From positions 11,066 to 75,065 of IMG/VR virus record IMGVR_UViG_3300001580_000017: a DNA stretch of 64,000 bases; one strand, 5' to 3'. The translations under genes and the position numbers were made by a program. Origin of the DNA: a virus (lineage: Duplodnaviria > Caudoviricetes). The notes under the pieces were generated by a model that saw only the letters and a program-made list of their open reading frames with translations, was not told the DNA's origin and made no database searches. This document shows, in pieces, positions 39,093-47,526 of this stretch (the first letter of the stretch is position 1; every line of letters starts with the position of its first letter).

Positions 39093-39833
39093 CTAATTGT
39101 TTAATTTTGTGACTAATTCTCTCCCCAATGGAATAACTTTTATAATATCCTCATCTTTTGCTTCGCCCCAGTAAGTAGCATATCCATTTATAGGATTAAA
39201 AATGAAATCCGTAGCCTTATCCCATTCTCTGTATGCTTCATTGTTTCCGCTTCCCCATATCGCACTTTCAATATCTCCAACAATTTTTGTGAGTTCACTG
39301 TGTGATTGCTGTTCTTCGTTTATAAAATCCTGATATTCTTTTATTGTGTTGTTGCTTTCTCTTAAAGATTTGAAGTCAATATATTTTATTTTATATTCAA
39401 CACTTTCATTGAACAATACATCTTGACTGATATCTTTTAATGTTGTGGGCTGAATTGAATCTTTCGTAGTTATCCTCACCTGATATTTTCCATTTTCTTT
39501 ATTTTTTAGCATTTCATTAGCAAAGTGAAACAGATAATCTTTTATTTTTTTAGTTAATTTGGAAGTCTGAATTGACAAGACCATTTCTCTTCCATACTTT
39601 CTGATCCTAACCCAACCTTTATTCATTAAATCTTTTACAAGAATTTCTCGCGCTTTTCCATCCCAACCGAGAGGCTCTTTATATTTTTTGAATAAACCTT
39701 GAACATAATCAGAATCAAAACCAAAGTATTCAGGATTTGATACAATATCTCCGACATGGCGACTACTTTCAACGGCAGTCACCACACCAAAGGGAGAAAT
39801 CCAATATGCATCTGCCGTGTTATTGAATGTCAT
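39093..39833 (-). CDS. Hypothetical late protein, two domains
   Basis: YWISPFG...KGWVRIR domain; LFNES, LRES, INEE linkers. Confidence 0.55.
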   Translation of the reverse strand: MTFNNTADAYWISPFGVVTAVESSRHVGDIVSNPEYFGFDSDYVQGLFKKYKEPLGWDGKAREILVKDLMNKGWVRIRKYGREMVLSIQTSKLTKKIKDYLFHFANEMLKNKENGKYQVRITTKDSIQPTTLKDISQDVLFNESVEYKIKYIDFKSLRESNNTIKEYQDFINEEQQSHSELTKIVGDIESAIWGSGNNEAYREWDKATDFIFNPINGYATYWGEAKDEDIIKVIPLGRELVTKLNN

Positions 39834-39835
39834 TG

Positions 39836-40240
39836 TTATTCCGGATAGACACTATTTGCCATATCGGAACTATAAATTGATCCAGCAGAAGCTATTACAT
39901 AATCTTTTAAATATGTTTCGTTTTCCGTGAATAATTCTTCTGCTTCTTCTTGTGTTAGACCATCAACATGTACCAATTTATATATTACAGCTTCCATAAA
40001 ATCATAAATCATGTTCTCATAAATGCCATCTTCCAAGTATTCAAATGTCTGATTACTTCCAAGTGCAGGTGCACCATCACTTTCTGGGTCTAATTCCGGA
40101 TAATTTAGATAGATTACTTTAACATCAACTAAATCTTCGTTTGAATATGTTTTGATCATATATGGATATCTTTCAGAATTTTCATTCTCAGTAACCATGT
40201 TCTCGTAAATTTTCAAAACATCTTTTTCTTTCGTTGTCAT
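39836..40240 (-). CDS. Acidic hypothetical late protein
   Basis: VLKIYENMVTENE N-terminus. Confidence 0.55.
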   Translation of the reverse strand: MTTKEKDVLKIYENMVTENENSERYPYMIKTYSNEDLVDVKVIYLNYPELDPESDGAPALGSNQTFEYLEDGIYENMIYDFMEAVIYKLVHVDGLTQEEAEELFTENETYLKDYVIASAGSIYSSDMANSVYPE

Positions 40241-41179
40241 TTAGTTCTCCACGGGAAATATTAATTTATACATGTATTCTTCATCTTTTTCTTCAGTTGG
40301 ATACCAGACTTCTTCGATATCACCACCATCATCATACTTCACATAAACATCATTTGCGGGGCTATAACCAGTTATGAGTGCTTTGAACATAACTTTTTTA
40401 ACATCATCATATTCTTCAACTCTGGTGTATTCCTTGCCAAATTCTTCTTCTGCTTTGATTGTCTCGACTTCTCCGAAAGTTTTATTTCTTTCATCATAAT
40501 CTTCGGTTGTCAATTCTTCATAATTTTTTATATATTCACCTGATCCGAGATATGGAGTTTCTGTATCGTATAACAATCTTTCTTCAAGTTCTATCATATT
40601 ATCGGCAGTAGTCAACAGAAGAAATTCTAATACAGTTCCGAGCATGTGTCTGTGAGTTAAAAAAGCATCATCAACCAACCATTCATCACTATCATCGGAA
40701 TATCCGGGAATAAATCCTGATCGGCTTTTGTAAGTTTCTTTTATATATTCAGCAAATTCTTCTGAATACTGATCAAGCATACTTTTAATTTTTTCGATAT
40801 TCGCTGGTTCTAAATGAATATCAACATCAATGGAATCATTTGCGAAATTATACTCTTTGGGAGAAACTAATTTGGTAAACATTACTTTTTTAACTAAACC
40901 TTGTTCTTGCAGCATTACTTCTACTGTATCTACCAAATTTGAAGCATAATCATTTTTATACTTAGTGTAATCATAATCAATTAAATCGTCATCAATTTTT
41001 CCGATTAGATCATTCTGTTTTCTGATAGCGTTTATATCATTTGCAATTTCTTTGTAATCTTCATCACTTGTTTCAAATGATGTGTTATAAAATCCGGGAA
41101 AGACCGGAAGCCATGATTCAACTACAAGAAATTTTCCCATATCCATTGCGTCTTCTTTTACGAGTTTGTTTTTTTTCAT
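40241..41179 (-). CDS. Acidic hypothetical late protein
   Basis: LVKED N-terminus; WLPVFPGFY; SPKEYNF..DSI. Confidence 0.55.
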   Translation of the reverse strand: MKKNKLVKEDAMDMGKFLVVESWLPVFPGFYNTSFETSDEDYKEIANDINAIRKQNDLIGKIDDDLIDYDYTKYKNDYASNLVDTVEVMLQEQGLVKKVMFTKLVSPKEYNFANDSIDVDIHLEPANIEKIKSMLDQYSEEFAEYIKETYKSRSGFIPGYSDDSDEWLVDDAFLTHRHMLGTVLEFLLLTTADNMIELEERLLYDTETPYLGSGEYIKNYEELTTEDYDERNKTFGEVETIKAEEEFGKEYTRVEEYDDVKKVMFKALITGYSPANDVYVKYDDGGDIEEVWYPTEEKDEEYMYKLIFPVEN

Positions 41180-42609
41180 TTTCTCTCCCCAACACTTCCG
41201 GCAAATTTTAAAAATTTATATTTTCTTTTCCATTCATCCAGCATTCCTTGTAATTCTTCTGATGTAAATTCGTTTGATATGCCATAAGAATCTGATATAT
41301 TTTTTTCTCTTGGTATTTTACTATTGGAACAATAATCCGATCCTACCCATACACGATTGTTAAATTTTTCAAATTCGGCTATCAAATTATCTGATACTTT
41401 GCTATATACTTCAACAAATTGCCCATGACTTTGTTTTTCATATGCCGATTCTTCATCAAATATTGATTCTTTTATTTTTTTCTTTGTCTCCATGAAATCA
41501 TATTCTTGATTCGCAAAGGCATCTTCAAAATCTTGTGCCAGCAGTTTACAAGCTTCGTCTTTAACTTCTTTTGTTACTGCTTTAACTATGCTCTTACCGT
41601 CATCTGCCCATTTTACGGTCTCATCATACCAAAATTTAGCCGCATTATTTACAACAGTTTTGAATATGATCGGAGCTTTTGCTTTATCATAAATATCGCT
41701 TTTCTTTTTTCTTGTGAGAGATTTAAAACAAGCAATTTTGGTGTCGTAGAATTTTTTTGTATTATCAACAACCAGTACGACATCATCAGCATCGGCAACA
41801 TAAGTGTCAAATCCTTTTTCTTCTTTCAGGAGAGTAGTCAGAATTTCTTTTTGTTCTTTTATGTTTTTTGACAGTGATTCTTTTACTGATGGAGTTGATT
41901 CTTCCAAATTATATTTATCAGCATTATGATTATGAACTCTTTCAAAGGTCTTATCATCAAAATAAGTACTCGATTTCAGATTGCCGTTAACTGGTCTTTT
42001 TCTATAAAGTTCATAAACACCCTTTTCTTTCAGATGTCTCATTCCATAGTTAGACATTGAATCACCAAAGAATTTCATTGTTTTGTGATCAAAGAAATGT
42101 GAACCAGTTAAACCCACATTGTATTTTAAATCAGCAACGGTTCTTACTGGATAAAAATCAATTGTTTTTTCTTCGTTTATTGCATCACTTTTCCATATAG
42201 GACTTCCAGTGTTACCCCAACTACTGCCATCTTTGTCTTTTTCCCATACTTCTACATAAACATCTTCCATTTGATTCTCTGCATATCTTTTTGCCATTCT
42301 GATAGCACTTTCTGGTGTTCTTGCATATTCGGTGTTTATACATTCATCTCCATCTACTGTATAAACAAATACACCGTATTTATAGTAATCAAAATCGCCG
42401 TCTTTTGCTTCATCGCCATGCTTAGATTCTTCATTCAGCTTAGAATAAAATTCTCTTTTTCTCGTCACATTCAGTTCATTTACATTCTTAACACCGAAAC
42501 TTCTAAGTAGCGATGTATATTTATCAGAATAAGTATCTTTGACCTGTTCCGATTCGTTCAATTTATCAACAACGCGGTAGTAATCTTGTAAATCTTTGTT
42601 TTGTTCCAT
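41176..42609 (-). CDS. Putative prohead-core/internal polyprotein with a gp68-like N-terminal motif
   Basis: YTSLLRSFGVKNVNELNVTRKREFY resembles gp68-type core proteins; repeated (L/I/V)xE(S/E) linkers; late promoter 42640-42647. Confidence 0.55.
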   Translation of the reverse strand: MEQNKDLQDYYRVVDKLNESEQVKDTYSDKYTSLLRSFGVKNVNELNVTRKREFYSKLNEESKHGDEAKDGDFDYYKYGVFVYTVDGDECINTEYARTPESAIRMAKRYAENQMEDVYVEVWEKDKDGSSWGNTGSPIWKSDAINEEKTIDFYPVRTVADLKYNVGLTGSHFFDHKTMKFFGDSMSNYGMRHLKEKGVYELYRKRPVNGNLKSSTYFDDKTFERVHNHNADKYNLEESTPSVKESLSKNIKEQKEILTTLLKEEKGFDTYVADADDVVLVVDNTKKFYDTKIACFKSLTRKKKSDIYDKAKAPIIFKTVVNNAAKFWYDETVKWADDGKSIVKAVTKEVKDEACKLLAQDFEDAFANQEYDFMETKKKIKESIFDEESAYEKQSHGQFVEVYSKVSDNLIAEFEKFNNRVWVGSDYCSNSKIPREKNISDSYGISNEFTSEELQGMLDEWKRKYKFLKFAGSVGERK

Positions 42610-42639
42610 TTTTCTTTGTCCTTTTAATTTATTTATTAT

Positions 42640-42647
42640 TATTTATA
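42640..42647 (-). promoter_or_regulatory. Late promoter
   Basis: Exact TATAAATA. Confidence 0.7.
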
Positions 42648-42774
42648 AAAGTCATACCCCAAATATACCATTATTATTTATAAAAGTCAAGAATAATTTA
42701 ATTTATTTTGAAAATAGTTAAAATAATTTTATGACCCCCATCAAAAATTTTATAAATAAGGTTATAGAATAATT

Positions 42775-42987
42775 ATGGAAGAAATTATGAAAAAATTATC
42801 AGAATATGCAACTGAACACAACATCACATATCGTACCGCATGGAATCATTTTGCGCGAGGATTAATTAGTGGAGCATATCAGCTATCAAATGGCACAGTA
42901 GTTATACCGGACAGCAATACTGCCGATTTAGAAAAAGCTATACATGATTTAAAAAATATAATTACAGAATTAAAAAAAGATAAATGA
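42775..42987 (+). CDS. IS607 TnpA N-terminal MerR-like HTH only (serine recombinase domain absent)
   Basis: MKKLSEYA...ITYRTAWNHF..G.I.GAYQLSNGTVVIP followed by a short coiled coil. Confidence 0.8.
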   Translation: MEEIMKKLSEYATEHNITYRTAWNHFARGLISGAYQLSNGTVVIPDSNTADLEKAIHDLKNIITELKKDK

Positions 42988-44183
42988 TAAGAAGAAGCAA
43001 ACACATACTAAAATTCGCGAACAAAAATAAATTGAGTATGCTTGAACAAATTTATTCGGATTGCAAGAAACAAATTGAAGTTTACATTGATCAGATAATA
43101 TCAGGGAAATTAGAGTTAAAGAAGATGCCGAGCAGTAGGTTGTTGAGTAATGAATATATCGAACAATCTAAGTGGAAAGAAATGTGCTATCAACAAATGA
43201 CAGGAATGATTGGAAGTCAATATAAACGCGCATCCAATAAAAGATTTAATTCTTATAAAAAAGTTTATGCTAAACTAAAAGAACAAAATAGATATAATAA
43301 ATTTACTTCAAAAAAATTCTCGGAATTAAATTTAAAACCAATCTATCAAACAAAATATTTTACTAAACCAAAATTAACTGGTGTAAATATAATAGTACAC
43401 AAAGATTTATTTAATTTTGCATCGGATTCTAAAAATTTTGACTCCTTTGTTAGATTAACTACTCCATATAAAAAATCAGCAGGAAGATACAAAACAATAA
43501 ATCTTCCAATTAAATATCATTCTCATTCCAATAAATTTAGAACGAGTGGTTGGAAATTAAAGAACTCTATTTCTTTGATCAAAGTCAATAATAATTTCTA
43601 CATTGATTTGTTATGGGAAAAAGAAGTCCCCAAGAAGATTGAAGGAGAATCCATCGGATTAGATTGTGGTTACAAGAAGCTACTTATTTCATCAGAGAAC
43701 AAAATTTATGATTTGGGTATGGAAAAAATTTATAACAAACTAAACAGAAAGAAACAAGGAAGCAAAAACTTTAAGCAAGCATTAACCGAAAGAGATAATT
43801 TAATAAATCAGAGTATAAACAAGATTGAAACAGAAAATATAAAAACAATCGTAGTCGAAGATTTAAAAAATGTAAAGTTAGGAAGTAAGTTTAGTAAAAA
43901 ATTTAATAACAAGCTACAGAGATGGAGTTATCCAAAGGTTTTGAATAAACTATCTATGATTTGTGAGGAACAAGGAATAAACTTGGTTAGAGTTGATCCG
44001 AGTTATACAAGTCAAACATGTAGCAAATGTGGACACAAAGATAAGAAAAACCGTTCTGGTGAACGGTTTTTGTGTTTGAGTTGTGGAATGGAGATGGATG
44101 CTGACTATAATGCATCTATAAACATTTTACATAGAGGCATATATAGTTCCTCTACCGATAAAGCTAATTTAAAGGTTAGCTGA
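42984..44183 (+). CDS. tnpB: TnpB RNA-guided endonuclease (close paralogue of 27417..28637)
   Basis: GLDCGY, VVEDL, TSQTCSKC, CLSC, DADYNAS. Confidence 0.92.
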   Translation: MIRRSKHILKFANKNKLSMLEQIYSDCKKQIEVYIDQIISGKLELKKMPSSRLLSNEYIEQSKWKEMCYQQMTGMIGSQYKRASNKRFNSYKKVYAKLKEQNRYNKFTSKKFSELNLKPIYQTKYFTKPKLTGVNIIVHKDLFNFASDSKNFDSFVRLTTPYKKSAGRYKTINLPIKYHSHSNKFRTSGWKLKNSISLIKVNNNFYIDLLWEKEVPKKIEGESIGLDCGYKKLLISSENKIYDLGMEKIYNKLNRKKQGSKNFKQALTERDNLINQSINKIETENIKTIVVEDLKNVKLGSKFSKKFNNKLQRWSYPKVLNKLSMICEEQGINLVRVDPSYTSQTCSKCGHKDKKNRSGERFLCLSCGMEMDADYNASINILHRGIYSSSTDKANLKVS

Positions 44184-44187
44184 CTGT
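44131..44187 (+). ncRNA. 3' part of omegaRNA scaffold / element right end
   Basis: Shared with 28579-28641; two hairpins. Confidence 0.7.
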
Positions 44188-44200
44188 AAAGTTTGACGGT

Positions 44201-44229
44201 AATATAACCTTTTAATTCCTGAATGTCAA
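44201..44229 (-). promoter_or_regulatory. Sigma70-type early promoter pointing antisense into omegaRNA/tnpB
   Basis: TTGACA-N17-TATATT. Confidence 0.8.
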
Positions 44230-44232
44230 GAC

Positions 44233-45483
44233 TTATTTTTTATATTGTGCAAGTTCAGACTGTAATTTTTTAATTGTCTGCTGCTGAGTTATGAGTTGTT
44301 TTCTCTGTGAATTAACTCTATTTTCTGAATCGGATGGTTTATATTCCTGTTTTATCGTCAGGGTATCTTCTGGTTTGGAATCAGGAACATTGTCTATAAT
44401 ATCACTATCAGCACCGGAAGTTGATAATTCTTTCACTGGTGTAGGAGGAATAAAAGCATCAGCATTGTTGTTTGGTCTCTTTTCAAAATTCTGAACAAGA
44501 TTATCTATTTGGTCTTTTAAATCTTCCAATTCTTTTTTTACTTTATCATCCGGTTGAGTTAGACGATTCATTGCCTGTTCTTTTGCTTCTTCTTCCGCGT
44601 TCTCTTTGACTGGAGATTTTCCATGATATTTTTCATCAATAGCAATAAGTTTCTGAATTGCTTCTTTAAACAAATCTCTTCTATCAATTGCTTCCTGAAT
44701 ATCAGATGGCATAACTATTTTCGGGTCTCTTTTTGGTTCTTCACCTTGCATATTCGGATCAGTTGAAACTTGTGATTGACCCTCCATTCCTTCTTGCCCT
44801 TCCATTCCTTGTACATTCTGTGATTGACCTTGCTGTTCAACATCATCAACTCTTTTCTGTAATTTGGACTGCTCATCTTCAACATTCTGTAATTCGTCTG
44901 GAAGAACTGAATCTTCAAACTGTTTTAACTGTAATATGGTAGTGTTAAGAGCTTTAAGTTGTGTCATTATATCATTAAGAACTTCTGTTGCATCTCTCTG
45001 TTCTTCTGTTTCTGGCTGTGTCTGCTCATCGTTATCGGCATTTTCATCGCTTTCCTGATTCTGTACACCTTCCGCTCCACTCGTGATTTCTCCTTGCTGT
45101 GACTGCTGTTGAGCTTGTGGAATAATATTTTCGGGTTGTTCGGGAATTATCGGTTCTTCATCAGGGGTTTCATACAGATAATAATTTATGATACTGTCCC
45201 AGCCTTTCATGCTTTCTACGAGTTTAACCAAATCAGGATCAAATTCTATATTTTTGCTTTCTACTACAGCCGAAGAATTTTTCTCAGTTATTTTTTTATT
45301 TCTTTTTCTACGAATTTTTGCTACCTGCATCTGCAACATTGCTTGTTTTTTCTGAATCCTTTTGAGAGGATTTTCATTTATTTCAGTTTTTTCTTCTGTG
45401 CTTCCTTCCGATAACAATGCTTCCTGTTTTTTGAGTTGTTCCAGTCTTGCTTTGTATTCCTGTCTTTCTTTTTCTGTCAACAT
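44233..45483 (-). CDS. Acidic Q/E-rich putative prohead core / internal head protein
   Basis: Coiled coils, QEGMEG repeats, LLSE/INEN/LVES/VKEN sites; two late promoters upstream. Confidence 0.5.
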   Translation of the reverse strand: MLTEKERQEYKARLEQLKKQEALLSEGSTEEKTEINENPLKRIQKKQAMLQMQVAKIRRKRNKKITEKNSSAVVESKNIEFDPDLVKLVESMKGWDSIINYYLYETPDEEPIIPEQPENIIPQAQQQSQQGEITSGAEGVQNQESDENADNDEQTQPETEEQRDATEVLNDIMTQLKALNTTILQLKQFEDSVLPDELQNVEDEQSKLQKRVDDVEQQGQSQNVQGMEGQEGMEGQSQVSTDPNMQGEEPKRDPKIVMPSDIQEAIDRRDLFKEAIQKLIAIDEKYHGKSPVKENAEEEAKEQAMNRLTQPDDKVKKELEDLKDQIDNLVQNFEKRPNNNADAFIPPTPVKELSTSGADSDIIDNVPDSKPEDTLTIKQEYKPSDSENRVNSQRKQLITQQQTIKKLQSELAQYKK

Positions 45484-45525
45484 TTTTGTGTCCTTATTTT
45501 TTAATTTTTGTAATTGCTTTATTCT

Positions 45526-45533
45526 TATTTATA
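45526..45533 (-). promoter_or_regulatory. Late promoter
   Basis: Exact TATAAATA. Confidence 0.7.
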
Positions 45534-45565
45534 AAAATTCTTTTTTATTATAGTGAAATAAATAA

Positions 45566-45599
45566 AAAACCCACTATATTATTTATAAAGTGGGTTTTT
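45566..45599 (-). terminator. Intrinsic terminator of the gp32 operon with a late promoter in its loop
   Basis: AAAAACCCACT/AGTGGGTTTTT stem; TATAAATA at 45580-45587. Confidence 0.75.
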
Positions 45600-45619
45600 G
45601 TGTTATTGATTTTGTTTAA

Positions 45620-45841
45620 TTAATCTTTTGGTTCAAACAATTTTCCTATAAGTCCGCATTTACCACATGTTTGAGAATATGAATTTGAACTATCAAATCT
45701 CTGGAAATGACACAAATCAGCAGAACCATCAACGGGATTTGCCGCTTGTGGATGATTACACATATGATTATCTTGCCCTTCTTCTACATCGGTAACTATA
45801 GAATGATATTTACAGTCAATACACAGTTTTTGTTTTTCCAT
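45620..45841 (-). CDS. Small Cys-rich protein
   Basis: CIDCKY...C.HP...C...R...CG..GKLFEP. Confidence 0.6.
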   Translation of the reverse strand: MEKQKLCIDCKYHSIVTDVEEGQDNHMCNHPQAANPVDGSADLCHFQRFDSSNSYSQTCGKCGLIGKLFEPKD

Positions 45842-45859
45842 TACTGCTCCTTTTTATTT

Positions 45860-46837
45860 TTACAAAGAATCAATAAATTCTTTTTCTTTATCGGTCATTG
45901 TTCCCTGTTCTTTATCCGTAACAACTGCTGATGCTGTTGTTTCTACTCCGCCAGTTGTTGGTACTGTTGCACTTTTTTCCCAAGGAGGAGTATCAGATAC
46001 GGTATGATTTGGGGGAGTAGCTTTAAATGTATCTACACCATTTCCCATATCAAGAATATATCCGACTTCTGATCTTATTCTTTCAGGAGTTAAATAATTC
46101 AAATTATCAATATGCTCTTGAAGATTATATGTTTGCAACATTATTTTTTCTATTTCAGCATTATCATTGGCTATTGCGGAAACAGCATTGTTGAAATCTG
46201 ATCCGTCATAGTTTGGCTGAAATATTTCTTTTCCGTTCTTTGTCATCTTTTTCACGATAACACTTAGAATAAAATCTCCACCTTTCAGGATATCAAACGG
46301 ATTATACTGTTTGAATCTTGGATCATTTTTCTGTGCACTGTCGGGATTATTTCTTTTCAGAATTTTGTTCATAACCTGAATACCATACTCAAATTTGAAA
46401 ACTTTTCCGTTGTTTTCCGGTTTGTTTGGATCATTTATAACGAGTATATTTGATACCCATTTTCTCTGAGGAATCCACCCACCATCTTTTGCTTTATCCA
46501 TCAGAGCTTCGATCTTGGAATTTTTCATTGGCCAACCGTAAGCACAAGCGGGGCAACTATTTTTGTTTTTCATGTTACTGCAATAACCACCAAGAAACTT
46601 TTTTTCTGTTCCGGGGAAATGATTGATCCCGTGATAGTAGGTTTCGATGAAGTTAATTTTTGTGTACACATCAGGAACAAATCTGATGACATAAGTTTCC
46701 GATTTGTCTTTTGCAGGTTTCCAGAGGGTTTTGTCTTCCGCAAAAGAGCTTGGTTTCTGATCCACTTTTAGCTGATTATCAACACTATCTCCAGAATAGT
46801 TGTTGACATCAAATTTCACATCAATGTTTCCGTTCAT
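45860..46837 (-). CDS. gp32: Single-stranded DNA-binding protein gp32
   Basis: LWKP, VIRFVP, CPAC, WVSNILVINDP..PENNGKVFKFEYG, NYDGSDF, acidic tail. Confidence 0.93.
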   Translation of the reverse strand: MNGNIDVKFDVNNYSGDSVDNQLKVDQKPSSFAEDKTLWKPAKDKSETYVIRFVPDVYTKINFIETYYHGINHFPGTEKKFLGGYCSNMKNKNSCPACAYGWPMKNSKIEALMDKAKDGGWIPQRKWVSNILVINDPNKPENNGKVFKFEYGIQVMNKILKRNNPDSAQKNDPRFKQYNPFDILKGGDFILSVIVKKMTKNGKEIFQPNYDGSDFNNAVSAIANDNAEIEKIMLQTYNLQEHIDNLNYLTPERIRSEVGYILDMGNGVDTFKATPPNHTVSDTPPWEKSATVPTTGGVETTASAVVTDKEQGTMTDKEKEFIDSL

Positions 46838-46908
46838 TTGTTACTCCTATAGTTATAAAGCATTTTCGTGTAAAACCCGAACCTATTGTTCTTTTACACC
46901 TTTTCGCT

Positions 46909-47526
46909 TTAATTTAAATTCAACATTTTTAACATAACTTTGTGCAATTTTATAGTCATCTGCACATCACACAAAGCATTATGAGCTTGCAAAGAATTAT
47001 CATCAGGGAAGAAACATTTATACATATCTTCCAATTTATGACTTTTATAAACATTTTTGATTTTTCTTTCAATCAAAGGAACAAGTTGCATCACATCAAT
47101 ATTCCTATTCTGAAAATGTTTATAGTATTCTTTATAATATACGGTGTAGTCCCCCGTCAACGAATGATCAGGATTATAAACTCTTGCAAAAAAATTTAAT
47201 AGTTTGTGAACATCGAAATTCACATTGTATCCAGCCACACACAAACGATTAAAATATCCATTATTACTGAATGGAGAAATAATTTGTAAAAATTCTTTCA
47301 TAACTTTTTCACCATCATCATAAGTTGAAATTTCTTCCAAAGTACAACCATTCACTTTCAATGCTTCGTCCTTTATAACAGAAAAATCATAAGGTTTGAT
47401 TTTGAATTGAAACCAATAATCAAATTTATCGGGTTCATATTCAATGCAACCAGCCATTTGTATAATTTCTCCTTCGTGCCAGACGGAAGTAGTTTCTGTG
47501 TCTAAGTACATAACAGGGATATGCAT
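46909..47526 (-). CDS. DEDDh 3'-5' exonuclease
   Basis: LDTETT, AGYNVNFD, AHNALCDV. Confidence 0.88.
   Translation of the reverse strand: MHIPVMYLDTETTSVWHEGEIIQMAGCIEYEPDKFDYWFQFKIKPYDFSVIKDEALKVNGCTLEEISTYDDGEKVMKEFLQIISPFSNNGYFNRLCVAGYNVNFDVHKLLNFFARVYNPDHSLTGDYTVYYKEYYKHFQNRNIDVMQLVPLIERKIKNVYKSHKLEDMYKCFFPDDNSLQAHNALCDVQMTIKLHKVMLKMLNLN

Larger units (their letters stand above)
42743..44187 (+). mobile_element. Degenerate IS607-family element (HTH-only TnpA remnant + tnpB + omegaRNA); left end approximate
   Basis: IS607 TnpA-type HTH, overlapping tnpB, right end shared with the 27417 copy; TATAAATA at 42751-42758. Confidence 0.75.
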
